A stretch of DNA of 64,000 nt. It comes from an uncultured candidate division Zixibacteria bacterium. GTDB lineage: Bacteria; Zixibacteria; MSB-5A5; UBA10806. Below are positions 43,720-54,775 of this stretch, one piece after another; positions within the stretch are counted from its first letter, which is position 1, and the number at the start of each line of letters is the position of its first letter. The translations under genes and the position numbers were made by a program. Below the pieces are notes generated by a model. That model had not been told where the DNA came from, ran no database searches, and saw nothing but the letters and a program-made list of their open reading frames with translations. The stretch lies in the NCBI GenBank assembly GCA_963817915.1, contig CAWFQL010000017.1, forward strand, positions 448,001-512,000, given 5' to 3'.

Positions 43720-43950
43720 ATGAAACCGCGCGATTTAAGAGACATGACAAGAGAAGAAATTCTCGTCCAAAAAGAAGATCTCGATAAAGAGATGTTCAAT
43801 TTAAAAATACGCCAGGCGACCAAACAGGTGGATAATCCTCTTAAAATTAGAACCCTTAGACGCGAACTGGCCAGAATTGTTACCATTTTGCACGAAGATG
43901 AAATGAAATTAAGACCGCTGTCTTCCAAGGGAGAAGTAACTAATGGATAG
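43720..43950 (+). CDS. rpmC: 50S ribosomal protein L29
   Basis: RRELARIVT; position. Confidence 0.96.
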   Translation: MKPRDLRDMTREEILVQKEDLDKEMFNLKIRQATKQVDNPLKIRTLRRELARIVTILHEDEMKLRPLSSKGEVTNG

Positions 43951-44197
43951 AAAAATGCGAAAAGTCAGAACGGGAGTAGTGGTCTCTAATAAAATGAATA
44001 AGACCATCGTGGTCAATGTCGAACGATTATTCAGACATCCCGTTTTCGGGAAGACTGTGCGAATAAGCAAAAATCTTTATGTTCACGATGATGAAAATAA
44101 GGCCAAGCCGGGCGATAAGGTCAAGGTTATGGAATCAAGACCCCTCTCGAAAACCAAAAGATGGCGGCTGGTGGAAATCCTGGAGACCGCCAAGTAA
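43943..44197 (+). CDS. rpsQ: 30S ribosomal protein S17
   Basis: [18 protein letters not shown]. Confidence 0.98.
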   Translation: MDRKMRKVRTGVVVSNKMNKTIVVNVERLFRHPVFGKTVRISKNLYVHDDENKAKPGDKVKVMESRPLSKTKRWRLVEILETAK

Positions 44198-44215
44198 TTT
44201 GGCCGGAGGGTAGTT

Positions 44216-44584
44216 ATGATACAAGAATATTCCAATTTAAATGTAGCCGATAATTCCGGCGCGAGAATCGTCCAATGTTTTCGCGTGCTCGGCGGGACCA
44301 GAAAACGTTATGCAAAAATCGGTGATATTATCGTAGTCGCCGTAAAAGATGCCATTCCCGGAGCGGCTGTCAAAAAGAGCGATGTCGTGAAGGCCGTTGT
44401 CGTACGAACCACCCGTGAAACACGACGCAAGGATGGCTCTTATATAAGATTTTCAGATAATGCGGCCGTTATTATTAATGATCAAAATGAACCGCGCGGA
44501 ACGCGTATTTTTGGACCGGTTGCCCGAGAATTGCGCGATAAGCAGTTTATGAAAATAATCTCCTTGGCCCCGGAAGTATTGTAG
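44216..44584 (+). CDS. rplN: 50S ribosomal protein L14
   Basis: [19 protein letters not shown]. Confidence 0.99.
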   Translation: MIQEYSNLNVADNSGARIVQCFRVLGGTRKRYAKIGDIIVVAVKDAIPGAAVKKSDVVKAVVVRTTRETRRKDGSYIRFSDNAAVIINDQNEPRGTRIFGPVARELRDKQFMKIISLAPEVL

Positions 44585-44595
44585 GAGAATCAATT

Positions 44596-44907
44596 ATGAA
44601 AATACGAAAAGGCGATACAGTCAAAATCATTTCCGGCAATGATAAGGGAAAGACAGGCAAAGTGCTTAAGGTGATTCCGGATACCGAAAGAATCATCATC
44701 GAAGGTGTCAATCTGGTTAAGAAGCACTCGCGCCCCACTCAAAAAAATCGTAAGGGTGGAATTGTCGAAAAGGAAGGCGCTATCCACGCCTCCAAAGTCA
44801 TTTATTTTGATGCTCGTTCGAATACTGTCTCCAGAATCGGTCATAGAATTCTGGCCGACGGCAATAAAGTAAGAATTAATAAGAAAACCGGAGAGATCAT
44901 AGAATAA
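44596..44907 (+). CDS. rplX: 50S ribosomal protein L24
   Basis: [17 protein letters not shown]. Confidence 0.98.
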   Translation: MKIRKGDTVKIISGNDKGKTGKVLKVIPDTERIIIEGVNLVKKHSRPTQKNRKGGIVEKEGAIHASKVIYFDARSNTVSRIGHRILADGNKVRINKKTGEIIE

Positions 44908-44908
44908 A

Positions 44909-45451
44909 ATGGCCAGATTAAGAAAAAATTATACGGATAGTATCAGGCCCACTCTGATGAAAAACTTCGGTTATAAGAATGTCAATCAGGTACCGAAGAT
45001 TGAAAAAATAGTCGTCAATATGGGTGTGGGCGAATCGATTGGCGACCCCAAGAAGCTCGAAAGCGCGATCACTGACCTCACCACTATTACTGGACAAAAG
45101 CCGGTGACCAGGAGAGCGAAAAAATCGATCTCTAATTTCAAGCTTCGCGCCGGAATGCCCATCGGGTGTTCCGTTACTTTGAGAGGCGATAAAATGTATG
45201 AATTTCTCGATAGGTTCATCAATGTCGCCGTCCCGCGTATTAGAGATTTCCGCGGAGTCCCGTCAAAATCATTTGATGGCCGCGGCAATTATACGTTGGG
45301 TATTACAGAGCAGATTATCTTCCCCGAAATCGAATACGACAAAATCGACAAAATTCGGGGCATGAATATATCGATTGTTACTACTGCTAAGAATGATAAG
45401 GAAGGCATCGAATTGCTCCAGGCGTTCGGCATGCCATTCAAGAGGAATTAA
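44909..45451 (+). CDS. rplE: 50S ribosomal protein L5
   Basis: [21 protein letters not shown]. Confidence 0.99.
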   Translation: MARLRKNYTDSIRPTLMKNFGYKNVNQVPKIEKIVVNMGVGESIGDPKKLESAITDLTTITGQKPVTRRAKKSISNFKLRAGMPIGCSVTLRGDKMYEFLDRFINVAVPRIRDFRGVPSKSFDGRGNYTLGITEQIIFPEIEYDKIDKIRGMNISIVTTAKNDKEGIELLQAFGMPFKRN

Positions 45452-45454
45452 TAT

Positions 45455-45640
45455 ATGGCGAAAAAATGTAAAATTGCCGCTTCCAGGAAAACTCCAAAAT
45501 TCCATGTCAGAGTGCATAACCGTTGCAGACGATGTGGAAGGCCCCGTGGCTACTTGAGGAAATTCGGTCTCTGCAGGCTTTGCTTCAGAGAATTGGCCCT
45601 GGCGGGAGAAATCCCCGGCATTACAAAGGCGAGCTGGTAG
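45455..45640 (+). CDS. rpsN: 30S ribosomal protein S14 (Zn-binding type Z)
   Basis: RCRRCGR..LCRLCFR. Confidence 0.98.
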   Translation: MAKKCKIAASRKTPKFHVRVHNRCRRCGRPRGYLRKFGLCRLCFRELALAGEIPGITKASW

Positions 45641-45647
45641 GTATTAT

Positions 45648-46046
45648 ATGAAAACCACTGATCCGATTGCAGATTTCCTAACACGAATTAGAAACGCCTT
45701 TAGGGCTAAATTGAGACGGGTCGATATTCCCGCCTCCAATATCAAAATGAAAATGGCCGAGCTTTTGGTAGAATTAAATTATCTTAGAAGCGTCGATTTT
45801 ATTGAGGATGGCAAGCAGGGAATCCTCCGCATTCGACTCAAATATACGCCGGATTCAAAAAGCGTTATTACCGGAATACAACGAGTCTCCAAACCCGGAC
45901 TGAGGAAGTATCTGGCCAAAGATGAACTATCAAAAAATTCGCGCAAAATGGGCATGGTAATTCTCTCCACTTCCAGCGGCCTTCTTACAGATAAGATGGC
46001 CATGGAAAAAGGCGTCGGCGGCGAAGCCATGTTTAAGGTCTGGTAA
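45648..46046 (+). CDS. rpsH: 30S ribosomal protein S8
   Basis: DPIADFLTRIRN; SKPGLRKY. Confidence 0.98.
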   Translation: MKTTDPIADFLTRIRNAFRAKLRRVDIPASNIKMKMAELLVELNYLRSVDFIEDGKQGILRIRLKYTPDSKSVITGIQRVSKPGLRKYLAKDELSKNSRKMGMVILSTSSGLLTDKMAMEKGVGGEAMFKVW

Positions 46047-46061
46047 AGGGGAAATAGTTTT

Positions 46062-46601
46062 ATGTCACGAGTAGGCAAACGGCCAATTGCAATCCCTAAG
46101 GGAGTCAAGATATCACACTCCGGTGATACGGTTACTGTCGAAGGACCCAAGGGAAAATTGAGCCAGAAAATGATTAATATCATCTCTTTGGAAATTAAAG
46201 GGGAAGAGGCAATCCTTACCAGGCCGTCGGATTCAAAACAGAATCGAGCCTATCATGGCCTGTATAGAGCCCTGATCGCAAATATGGTTAAGGGTGTCAC
46301 TCAGGGCTTTGTGCGCGATCTGGAATTACAGGGTGTAGGGTACAAAGTGGAGCAGACCGGTAAATCCGTTACTTTCGCCTTGGGATTTTCACATCCCATA
46401 AGCTTATTGCCCCCGGCAGGAATAAAGATAGACATTCAAAGCCCAATCAAGTTGTCAATATCTGGAATAGATAAACAACTCGTCGGGCAGGTTGCAGCGA
46501 AAATACGCTCGCTTAAACCGCCGGAGCCATACAAAGGCAAAGGCATACGTTACGTTGGCGAGCATGTCAGGCACAAAGCCGGCAAGACCGCAGGAGCATA
46601 A
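46062..46601 (+). CDS. rplF: 50S ribosomal protein L6
   Basis: MSRVGK; PEPYKGKGIRY. Confidence 0.99.
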   Translation: MSRVGKRPIAIPKGVKISHSGDTVTVEGPKGKLSQKMINIISLEIKGEEAILTRPSDSKQNRAYHGLYRALIANMVKGVTQGFVRDLELQGVGYKVEQTGKSVTFALGFSHPISLLPPAGIKIDIQSPIKLSISGIDKQLVGQVAAKIRSLKPPEPYKGKGIRYVGEHVRHKAGKTAGA

Positions 46602-46602
46602 T

Positions 46603-46965
46603 ATGGCAGATAAAAATACTATTAATCGCGCGGCGCGAATTAAACGAGCTCAAAGGGCCAGGACATATTTAAAAGGCACAGCCGAACGGCCGAGACTTGT
46701 GATTTTCAAAAGTCTTAACCATGTTTACGCTCAACTGGTCAATGATTTGGATCAAAAGACTATTACTGGAGTCTCCAGTCTTAAGGGTAGTGTCAATGCC
46801 AAGGGCAATATGACCCAAAAAGCCCAGTCTGTCGGATCCGCCATAGCCAAAAAAGCGATCGACCTCGGAATCAAAAAAGCCGTTTTTGATCGTTCTGGAT
46901 ATATTTATCACGGTCGCGTAAAGGCATTTGCCGATGCGGCGCGAAAAGCGGGATTGGAATTTTAG
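46603..46965 (+). CDS. rplR: 50S ribosomal protein L18
   Basis: [20 protein letters not shown]; start moved to ATG 46603. Confidence 0.97.
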   Translation: MADKNTINRAARIKRAQRARTYLKGTAERPRLVIFKSLNHVYAQLVNDLDQKTITGVSSLKGSVNAKGNMTQKAQSVGSAIAKKAIDLGIKKAVFDRSGYIYHGRVKAFADAARKAGLEF

Positions 46966-46988
46966 CACTTTTCATATGAGAGGTTAAA

Positions 46989-47477
46989 TTGGCAAGATTT
47001 TCTGACGACCAATTCGAGTTTTTGGAAAAGGTTATCCATGTAAATAGGGTCGCCAAAGTCGTGAAGGGTGGACGCCGTTTCAGTTTCACTGCGCTCGTGG
47101 CGACTGGCGATAAAAATGGCAAAGTCGGAATTGGCCTTGGCAAGGCCTCTGAAGTATCCGAAGCCATCCGCAAGGGCAGCGAAGCTGCCAGGAAAAATAT
47201 GGTTTTGATACCCCTGACTGCCGGCACTATTTCAAAAGAAATTACCGGTAGATTCGGTGCCGCCTGCGTTATGCTGAAACCGGCCGCTCCAGGCACTGGT
47301 GTCATCGCGGGCGGACCTGTTCGTGCCGTACTCGAATCTGCGGGCATACAGGATATTTTAACCAAATCGTTGGGTTCCGCCAACCCGCATAATGTCGTCA
47401 GAGCTACAATGAATGGTCTGCTTAGTCTCGGACATATTGAAGACCTGGCAACTTTCAGAGAAGCGGAGTTGAAGTAA
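46989..47477 (+). CDS. rpsE: 30S ribosomal protein S5
   Basis: [22 protein letters not shown]. Confidence 0.99.
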   Translation: MARFSDDQFEFLEKVIHVNRVAKVVKGGRRFSFTALVATGDKNGKVGIGLGKASEVSEAIRKGSEAARKNMVLIPLTAGTISKEITGRFGAACVMLKPAAPGTGVIAGGPVRAVLESAGIQDILTKSLGSANPHNVVRATMNGLLSLGHIEDLATFREAELK

Positions 47478-47478
47478 T

Positions 47479-47661
47479 ATGGCTGGCAAATTAGAAATTC
47501 AACAAATAAGATCAGTCGCGGGCACAAGCGCACATCAGCGCAGGGTAATTAAATCCCTCGGCCTGAGACGTCGCGAGCAAACAGTCGTCCACGATGATAC
47601 CCCGACAATCAGGGGAATGATCGATAAGGTTTTTCACCTGGTAAAGGTCACGAAACGGTAG
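47479..47661 (+). CDS. rpmD: 50S ribosomal protein L30
   Basis: LGLRR..IRGMI. Confidence 0.97.
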   Translation: MAGKLEIQQIRSVAGTSAHQRRVIKSLGLRRREQTVVHDDTPTIRGMIDKVFHLVKVTKR

Positions 47662-47668
47662 GATATAA

Positions 47669-48160
47669 ATGGATCTTTCAAATCTAAAACCCAGTCCCGG
47701 ATCGACAAAAAAAGTCAAGCGGCTTGGTCGCGGCCCCGGTTGCGGACACGGCAAGAATTCAGGTAAAGGAAATAAGGGTCAGAGAAAACAATCGGGTTTC
47801 AAGAGCAAATCATGGTCTGAAGGCGGCCAGATGCCGTTACAGAGACGTTTGCCTAAAAGAGGTTTTACCAATATTTTCCGTGTCGATTACCAGGAAGTTA
47901 ATATCGGCTCATTCGACGAAATAACTTCAGCCGAGATCAATCCCGAAATTCTCCGCAAGAGCGGATTAGTGAAGGGAAAAGGCCGTCCGATTAAGGTTCT
48001 TGGCGATGGTGATTTGGCAAAGGCTGTTGCAGTTACCGCCCACGCCTTTTCGAAAACCGCTAAAGAGAAAATTGAAAAAGCAGGCGGCAAAGCTATTCAA
48101 ATCGTGTTCAGAACCGCTACCCAGGTAGCGAAAGCCGCCAACGATGCCAAAAAGAATTAA
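47669..48160 (+). CDS. rplO: 50S ribosomal protein L15
   Basis: EGGQMPLQRRLPKRGF. Confidence 0.98.
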   Translation: MDLSNLKPSPGSTKKVKRLGRGPGCGHGKNSGKGNKGQRKQSGFKSKSWSEGGQMPLQRRLPKRGFTNIFRVDYQEVNIGSFDEITSAEINPEILRKSGLVKGKGRPIKVLGDGDLAKAVAVTAHAFSKTAKEKIEKAGGKAIQIVFRTATQVAKAANDAKKN

Positions 48161-48192
48161 TGATGTTTGCAAACTGTTAGCGAGGAGCAATA

Positions 48193-49518
48193 GTGCTTGA
48201 AAGCGTAAGAAATATATTCAAGATACATGAGCTGCGCCAGAGAATTCTATTCACACTGGGGCTTTTGGTAGTTTATCGTATTGGTGGCCATATTCCCACC
48301 CCGGGTGTCGACCTCAAAGCTATTGAGCAGTTCAATCCCGGCGGCCTCCTGAATTTATTCGATCTGTTCGTCGGAGGCGCTTTTACCAAGGTCACCATAT
48401 TCTCGCTTGGTATTATGCCTTATATTTCTTCATCGATTATTATCCAGCTTTTGGGCGCCGTGATTCCTTTCTTCCAGAAATTGCAAAAGGAAGGCGAAGA
48501 AGGTAGACGCAAGATCACTCAGTACACCCGTTACGGAACAGTGCTTATTGCAGCCATGCAATCAATGGCGACCGCGTTCTATCTGGCGGAGCAAACCGCT
48601 CCATCTCTGCTTTTGCCCGGCATATCTAAATTGAATTTTGTCCTTATCACAATGCTTACATTCACATCGGGCACAATTTTCATAATGTGGCTTGGAGAAA
48701 GAATTACCGAGAGGGGCATCGGCAACGGTATTTCATTAATCATCTTTATCGGTATTATCGCTCGATTCCCTCGCGCTGTAATGGATGAAATCGAGAAATT
48801 CTTCCCCGGATTATTCGGCATGACAGGTGCTGCTCGTGGCAATATTGTCAAAGAGGTCCTGATCATTGCCTTTATGATAATAATAGTTGCTGCTGTAGTG
48901 CTGGTCACGAGAGCGCAGCGAAAGATTCCCGTTCAGTATGCGAAACGAGTGGTCGGTCGGAAAGTCTACGGCGGAACCAGTACCCACATTCCGCTATCAG
49001 TTAACGCCGCCGGCGTTATCCCGATTATTTTCGCGCAGTCGATTATGTTCGCTCCGCAGACGATCTTATCGTTCTTCCCCGAAAATGATTTCATGCTTAC
49101 CATATCTGGTTGGTTCGATCCGCGCAGCATTGTCTATATCTCGCTTTATGCGCTGATGATCATATTCTTCGCGTATTTTTATACTGCCATCGTATTCAAC
49201 CCTGTCGACCTCGCTGACAATATGAAAAAGCAAGGCGGATTCATTCCGGGTATTAGGCCCGGCCAGCGAACGGCGGAATATATAGATAGAGTCCTGACCC
49301 GTATTACACTGCCTGGTGCCTTCTTCTTCGCGTTAATCGCGATATTGCCGAATATTATGTCCAATATTGCGGATGTGCAATTTTATTTCGGCGGCACGGG
49401 CCTTCTGATCGTCGTAGGAGTCGCCCTCGACACATTACAGCAGATCGAATCCCATCTCCTTATGAGACATTATGATGGTTTCATAAAGAAGGGCAGAATG
49501 AAAGGCAGATATAGTTGA
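48193..49518 (+). CDS. secY: preprotein translocase SecY
   Basis: LGIMPYISSSII; GIGNGISLII; IPGIRPG. Confidence 0.99.
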   Translation: MLESVRNIFKIHELRQRILFTLGLLVVYRIGGHIPTPGVDLKAIEQFNPGGLLNLFDLFVGGAFTKVTIFSLGIMPYISSSIIIQLLGAVIPFFQKLQKEGEEGRRKITQYTRYGTVLIAAMQSMATAFYLAEQTAPSLLLPGISKLNFVLITMLTFTSGTIFIMWLGERITERGIGNGISLIIFIGIIARFPRAVMDEIEKFFPGLFGMTGAARGNIVKEVLIIAFMIIIVAAVVLVTRAQRKIPVQYAKRVVGRKVYGGTSTHIPLSVNAAGVIPIIFAQSIMFAPQTILSFFPENDFMLTISGWFDPRSIVYISLYALMIIFFAYFYTAIVFNPVDLADNMKKQGGFIPGIRPGQRTAEYIDRVLTRITLPGAFFFALIAILPNIMSNIADVQFYFGGTGLLIVVGVALDTLQQIESHLLMRHYDGFIKKGRMKGRYS

Positions 49519-50162
49519 TAGGTCTGATTTTCTTGGGCGCGCCGGGTTCCGGAAAGGGAACTCAGGCCAAAAGACTTGCCCAGAAATTCACTCTTGAACA
49601 TATATCGACCGGCGACATGCTTCGAAATGCGATAAAGGATGAGACCGAATTGGGATTAAAAGCCAAGACATTCATGGATGCCGGACAACTTGTTCCTGAT
49701 AATATAATATTGGAAATGATTAAGGAAGAGTTGACTGGATTGAAAAAAGGCTTTATATTTGATGGCTTTCCGAGAACAGTCGCTCAGGCCGAGGGCCTCG
49801 ACAAAATTCTCGGCGAGCTCGATAGAAAAGTCGATGCGGCCATTAATTTGACCGTCGATGATTCCGTGCTTATTGATCGCCTGTCCGCTCGCAGGATATG
49901 CAAATCATGCGGCACCGAATATAATTTGAAGACAAAACCGCCACGCAAAGAAAACATCTGCGATCTCTGCGGCGGCGAGCTTTACAGGCGGTCAGATGAT
50001 GCCGCTGATGTAATAAATAAACGGCTTCAGGTCTATTATGAGAAGACCAAGCCGATGGAAGATTATTACCGTTCAAAAGACCTGATGGTCGAGATTGACG
50101 GCAATAGAAATTTTGACGAGGTTTTTGGTTCCATCACCGACGCGATCGGTGAGGGAAAATGA
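49515..50162 (+). CDS. adk: adenylate kinase (Zn-lid type)
   Basis: GAPGSGKGTQ; DGFPRT; CxxC..CxxC lid. Confidence 0.98.
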   Translation: MIGLIFLGAPGSGKGTQAKRLAQKFTLEHISTGDMLRNAIKDETELGLKAKTFMDAGQLVPDNIILEMIKEELTGLKKGFIFDGFPRTVAQAEGLDKILGELDRKVDAAINLTVDDSVLIDRLSARRICKSCGTEYNLKTKPPRKENICDLCGGELYRRSDDAADVINKRLQVYYEKTKPMEDYYRSKDLMVEIDGNRNFDEVFGSITDAIGEGK

Positions 50163-50905
50163 TCTTTTATAAATCATCCCGCGAAATAGAAAAAATGAAA
50201 AAAGCGGGAAGGATTGTTGCCGAAGCCCTCGACTTGCTCTCTGAAAACATAAGACCCGGGATTACTACCCGAAAACTGGATTCGATTACGGCGGAGTTCT
50301 TTAAAAAGAGCAATGCAAAATCCGCCTTCCTCGGCTACCAGGGCTATCCTGCCAATATCTGCGTCTCGATCGACGACGAAGTCGTTCACGGCATACCCAA
50401 TGACAGGAAAATCGTCGAAGGCCAAATAGTCAGCGTGGATTTGGGAGCTATCGTAGACGGATACTTTGGCGACTCTGCGAAAACCTTCGCTGTCGGCAAG
50501 ATCAGTGACGACGCTGAAAAGCTTATGAATGCCACCGAGGAATCACTTTACGAAGGAATTAAGATGTGCGTTGTTGGAAAGAAGCTCGGCGATCTTTCGG
50601 CGACGATTCAGCGGTATGTTGAATCAAGAGGGTATTCGGTAGTAAGGGATTTGGTTGGTCATGGCATCGGCAGAAAAATGCATGAAGAGCCACAAGTGCC
50701 GAATTTCGGCGAGCCAAATACCGGGATTGATTTTAAGGAAGGACTGGTCATGGCAATTGAGCCGATGATCAACATCGGCGGCTACAAAGTCCAGATAATG
50801 TCGGATGGATGGACAATAGTCACAGCTGACGGCTCACTATCCGCGCATTTCGAACATACAGTGGCAATCACTGCCAATGGACCGGAGATTTTAACGAAAA
50901 GATAG
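50159..50905 (+). CDS. map: methionine aminopeptidase type I
   Basis: VVHGIP; GHGIG..HEEP; SAHFEHT. Confidence 0.98.
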   Translation: MIFYKSSREIEKMKKAGRIVAEALDLLSENIRPGITTRKLDSITAEFFKKSNAKSAFLGYQGYPANICVSIDDEVVHGIPNDRKIVEGQIVSVDLGAIVDGYFGDSAKTFAVGKISDDAEKLMNATEESLYEGIKMCVVGKKLGDLSATIQRYVESRGYSVVRDLVGHGIGRKMHEEPQVPNFGEPNTGIDFKEGLVMAIEPMINIGGYKVQIMSDGWTIVTADGSLSAHFEHTVAITANGPEILTKR

Positions 50906-50906
50906 T

Positions 50907-51125
50907 ATGGCAAAAGAAGATGTAATCGAGGTTGAGGGAAAGGTTGTTGAACCTTTACCAAACGCAATGTTCAAGGTAGAACTTGATAATGGTCATCAGG
51001 TGCTTGCTCATATTTCGGGCAAGATGCGGATGCATTTTATCAAGATTCTCCCGGGCGATAAGGTGACCCTTGAATTATCACCTTATGACCTCAATCGCGG
51101 TCGAATAATATACCGACATAAATGA
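50907..51125 (+). CDS. infA: translation initiation factor IF-1
   Basis: LPNAMF; SGKMR; SPYDL. Confidence 0.99.
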   Translation: MAKEDVIEVEGKVVEPLPNAMFKVELDNGHQVLAHISGKMRMHFIKILPGDKVTLELSPYDLNRGRIIYRHK

Positions 51126-51138
51126 TTCGGAGATTGTC

Positions 51139-51252
51139 ATGAAAGTCCGTTCAAGTGTGAAAGTTCGTTGTGAAAAATGCAAAATTGTAAGACGCCAGGG
51201 CGTGGTTAGAGTAATCTGCTCTAATCCAAAACATAAACAGCGTCAGGGCTAA
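51139..51252 (+). CDS. rpmJ: 50S ribosomal protein L36 (not in the ORF track)
   Basis: [37 protein letters not shown]. Confidence 0.97.
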   Translation: MKVRSSVKVRCEKCKIVRRQGVVRVICSNPKHKQRQG

Positions 51253-51264
51253 AAGGAGGTTGGT

Positions 51265-51639
51265 TTGGCACGTATCGCTGGTATAGACCTGCCTCGCGAT
51301 AAAAGAATCGAAGCGGCATTAACTTATATCTATGGTATAGGACAACCGTCCGCTAAGGAAATTTTGCGCAAGTCCGGAGTAAGTCCTGATGTCAGAGTCA
51401 AGGACTTGACCGAAGATCATATTTCGAAAATCCGCGGCGTCATTGAGCAGGATTATAAGGTCGAAGGCGCCCTGAGGACCGATGTCAATATGAGCATCAA
51501 ACGGCTTATCGATATCGGCTCTTATAGAGGCTTGAGACATAGAAGAGGCCTTCCGGTTCGCGGGCAGAGGACCAAGACCAATGCCAGAACCAGAAAAGGC
51601 CCCAAGAAGACTATAGGCAGGAAAGTAAAAGCTGAGTAA
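51265..51639 (+). CDS. rpsM: 30S ribosomal protein S13
   Basis: [24 protein letters not shown]. Confidence 0.99.
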   Translation: MARIAGIDLPRDKRIEAALTYIYGIGQPSAKEILRKSGVSPDVRVKDLTEDHISKIRGVIEQDYKVEGALRTDVNMSIKRLIDIGSYRGLRHRRGLPVRGQRTKTNARTRKGPKKTIGRKVKAE

Positions 51640-51656
51640 TAAAAAGGATGGAGTAA

Positions 51657-52052
51657 TTGGCGGAACCGACTAAAAGAAAAAAAGTTAAGAAAAAAGGTGT
51701 TAAGGTAGAATCTACCGGAGTGGCTCATATCAGAGCTACATTCAATAATACGATAGTTTCTATCACCGATACACATGGTAATGTTGTTTCTTGGGCTACC
51801 TCCGGCAAATCCGGGTTCAAGGGTTCCAAGAAGTCAACGCCTTTCGCTGCACAGATGGCTGCCCAATCAGCGGCAAAGGAAGCCATTGAGCAGGGCATGA
51901 GAAGAGTCGAAGTCTGGGTGAAGGGCCCCGGCTCCGGTCGTGAAGCAGCTATAAGGTCGCTTCAGGCTGCTGGACTCGAAATTAGCGCAATCCGCGACGT
52001 TACTCCTATTCCCCATAATGGCTGCCGTGCACCCAAAAGACGCAGAGTATAA
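51657..52052 (+). CDS. rpsK: 30S ribosomal protein S11
   Basis: [17 protein letters not shown]. Confidence 0.99.
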   Translation: MAEPTKRKKVKKKGVKVESTGVAHIRATFNNTIVSITDTHGNVVSWATSGKSGFKGSKKSTPFAAQMAAQSAAKEAIEQGMRRVEVWVKGPGSGREAAIRSLQAAGLEISAIRDVTPIPHNGCRAPKRRRV

Positions 52053-52063
52053 CCAGGAGTATT

Positions 52064-52693
52064 ATGGCAAGATATAGAGATCCAAATTGCAAATTATGTC
52101 GCCGTGAAGGCATGAAGCTCTTTCTGAAAGGTAGTCGTTGTACTACCGATAAATGCGCATTTGAGCGTCGCGGCTATGCCCCCGGCCAACATGGTCAATC
52201 CGGACGAAGAAAAGGTTCCGAATACGGATTCCAGCTTCGTGAAAAACAGAAAATCCGCCGCATTTATGGCGTGCTCGAACGGCAGTTCCACAATTACTTC
52301 GAAAAAGCCTCGCGGTTAAAGGGTGTCACAGGTGAAAACCTGCTCGTCCTCCTTGAATGTCGTTTCGATAATATGGTTTATCGCCTTGGCTTCGCGCCTT
52401 CAAGGAAGGCTGCTAGGCAGTTAATTATACATAGACATTTTACTGTTAATGATAAAATCGTCGACATACCATCATATCAGCTCAAGCCCGGCAATATTGT
52501 CAAAGTCAGAGAAAACAGCCGTAATCTTGATATTATCCATATGGCCATGAAGGACGCCGGGAAAGGATTCGATCTTCCCTGGGTGCGTTTGGACAAAGCC
52601 AAAATGGAAGGCGAGCTCCTGGAACGGCCCAAGAGACTCGATATTCCAACAACGGTGCAGGAGCAAATGGTTGTCGAACTGTACTCCAAGTAA
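52064..52693 (+). CDS. rpsD: 30S ribosomal protein S4
   Basis: CKLCRREG; QLREKQK; VELYSK. Confidence 0.99.
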   Translation: MARYRDPNCKLCRREGMKLFLKGSRCTTDKCAFERRGYAPGQHGQSGRRKGSEYGFQLREKQKIRRIYGVLERQFHNYFEKASRLKGVTGENLLVLLECRFDNMVYRLGFAPSRKAARQLIIHRHFTVNDKIVDIPSYQLKPGNIVKVRENSRNLDIIHMAMKDAGKGFDLPWVRLDKAKMEGELLERPKRLDIPTTVQEQMVVELYSK

Positions 52694-52717
52694 TGTGAGT
52701 TCCCGGAGGAAATATAG

Positions 52718-53710
52718 ATGAAGTGGAAAAGCATGCAAATGCCAAAAGAGGTGGTTCTTGATGAAAGTGCCGCCACTAATCAGTACGGTAAGTTCGTTAT
52801 CGAGCCCCTCGAAAGAGGCTTTGGCCATACTCTTGGCAATGCGTTAAGAAGAGTATTGCTCTCTTCAATCCAGGGAGCGGCCGTCGTTGCTATCAGAATT
52901 GACGGCGTTCTACATGAATTCACAACTGTACCTGGAGTTCTCGAAGACATGACCGAGATAGTCTTAAACATCAAACGGCTTAAATTAAAATTCATCGGTG
53001 ATGAGCCTAAAACGATTACATTGTCGGTCAGTTCAAAGGGAAGCTATAAAGCGGCTGATATTGAAACCGATGCTGACATTGAAATTGTCAATCCCGATCT
53101 GCATCTCGTCACTCTCAATGATGACATCAAATTCAGAATGGAAATGGATGTCGATGTAGGTAGAGGATTTGTCACTGCTGATCAAAATAAAAAGACCGGC
53201 GTCCCGGTCGGAACCATTTTCCTCGATACCCGTTTTTCGCCGGTAGTTAAGGTCAATTACCTGGTCGAAGATACGAGGGTTGGTCAGAGAACAGATTACG
53301 ATAAACTTACCGTAGAAATCTGGACCGACGCCACGATTTCGCCCGAAGACGCGATCAGCTTTTCGGCGAAGCTCATCCGCGACCATCTTGGGATTTTCGC
53401 CAAGGTCGATCAAGAGATGGAAATGGCTGAAGAAGAAGTAGTCGATGAAGAAGTCATGAGAATTCGAAATCTACTCAAGATGAGAGTTGATGAACTCGAG
53501 CTTTCGGTGCGTTCATCCAATTGTCTTCATGCTGCCAATATCGTAACTCTTGAAGATCTCGTTCGCAAGACCGAGGGTGAAATGCTAAAGTACCGCAATT
53601 TTGGCCGGAAATCGCTGAATGAACTTAATGCGATTCTTGGAGAACTTGGACTCTCATTCGGCATGGATGTTGATAAATATAAAGAAACCGAAGAACTAAA
53701 GGCTTCATAG
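52718..53710 (+). CDS. rpoA: RNA polymerase alpha subunit
   Basis: EPLERGFGHTLGNALRR; NFGRKSL. Confidence 0.99.
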   Translation: MKWKSMQMPKEVVLDESAATNQYGKFVIEPLERGFGHTLGNALRRVLLSSIQGAAVVAIRIDGVLHEFTTVPGVLEDMTEIVLNIKRLKLKFIGDEPKTITLSVSSKGSYKAADIETDADIEIVNPDLHLVTLNDDIKFRMEMDVDVGRGFVTADQNKKTGVPVGTIFLDTRFSPVVKVNYLVEDTRVGQRTDYDKLTVEIWTDATISPEDAISFSAKLIRDHLGIFAKVDQEMEMAEEEVVDEEVMRIRNLLKMRVDELELSVRSSNCLHAANIVTLEDLVRKTEGEMLKYRNFGRKSLNELNAILGELGLSFGMDVDKYKETEELKAS

Positions 53711-54244
53711 ATGCGTCACAAAAGATATGTCAAAAAACTCGGCGTAAAAACGCCCCATCGCAAAGCCATGATGACCAACATGGCCGATTCCCTGCTCGCT
53801 CATGGTAAAATCAAAACTACCACCGCCCGCGCCAAAGTTGTGCAAAGCAAAGTAGAACGGCTCATTACTCTTGCCAAACGGGGCGGCTTACATGCCCGCC
53901 GTCAGGCGGTTGCCGCGTTGGCCAATGGTGCCACCGTCAAAAAACTTTTCGACGAGATCGCTCCCGAATTCAAGAATGTCAATGGGGGCTACACTCGCCG
54001 GGCATTTTTTGGAAGACGTTTAGGCGATGGCGCTTCATTGACAGTCGTTGAGCTCAATATCCAGAAAAAGGTAGTCGCTGAGCCTAAGAAGGGCAAAGAA
54101 GGTGCCGAGGCCGAAGTAAAAGAAGAACCTAAGAAGGCCAAAGCCGCTGCCAAAGAGCCAAAAGCCAAAAAGGAAAAATCAGCCGAAGCCAAAAAGCCCA
54201 AGGCTAAAAAGGCCAATGACAAGAAGGCTCCAGCCAAAGCGTAG
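53711..54244 (+). CDS. rplQ: 50S ribosomal protein L17 with Lys/Ala/Glu-rich tail
   Basis: MRH..IKTT..GGYTR..GDGA. Confidence 0.97.
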   Translation: MRHKRYVKKLGVKTPHRKAMMTNMADSLLAHGKIKTTTARAKVVQSKVERLITLAKRGGLHARRQAVAALANGATVKKLFDEIAPEFKNVNGGYTRRAFFGRRLGDGASLTVVELNIQKKVVAEPKKGKEGAEAEVKEEPKKAKAAAKEPKAKKEKSAEAKKPKAKKANDKKAPAKA

Positions 54245-54272
54245 ATCAAAAAATAAAATTTATCATTTTCTT

Positions 54273-54298
54273 GTAGAGACATGCTATAGCATGTCTCT
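54273..54298 (+). repeat. GTAGAGAC-type REP palindrome, likely acting as the alpha-operon terminator
   Basis: Perfect 24-nt palindrome AGAGACATGCTA|TAGCATGTCTCT followed by a T-rich run; homologue at 61028-61055. Confidence 0.75.
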
Positions 54299-54312
54299 CT
54301 TTATTTTATATA

Positions 54313-54775
54313 TCCTTCAGGATGGAGCTCCTGCGACATCCTGAGGGGCAAGGATGATATATCATGGGTGGCACCCATCCCCGTCCGTCCTGCCTCCGGC
54401 ACTGTCATTCCGCACTTGATGCGGAATCTTGCGAGTGGTTCGCGTTAACAAATCTCCGACGCAAGAAGGCAGCCGTAGGTCGCGGTTCCGAACGAGCGTA
54501 GCGAGTTTACAATCCGGCAACTGACGGATGAGAAACCCGACATCATGTCATTGCGAGAAGTCCGGCGACTGCCGGACTTCGAAGCAATCTGCGGGAAGCA
54601 TCCTTAAGATTGCTTCATCCGTCCAAAACCTGTTCAACCAGCATTTGTTTTGAAAACCCCCGATAGGTGGAAGGACGGGGGCCCCGCTTTCTAATCCGGC
54701 GACAGCCGGATAATGTGACGATTTGGATCCTGGGATCCAGCGCCACATTTTTTCGCCGAAAACGAAAAATGTGGT
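54313..54775. repeat. field of REP-like and nested palindromes
   Basis: TGTCATTCCGCA..TGCGGAATCT (54403-54429), GTAGGTC..AACCCGACA (54475-54542), TGTCATTGCGAG..GAAGCAATCT..AGATTGCTTC (54546-54616), TCCGGC..GCCGGA units. Confidence 0.7.

Noticed and set aside
46492..46602. N-terminal extension of L18 in the ORF track
   Set aside because: It overlaps rplF; ATG 46603 after AGGAG gives a normal L18
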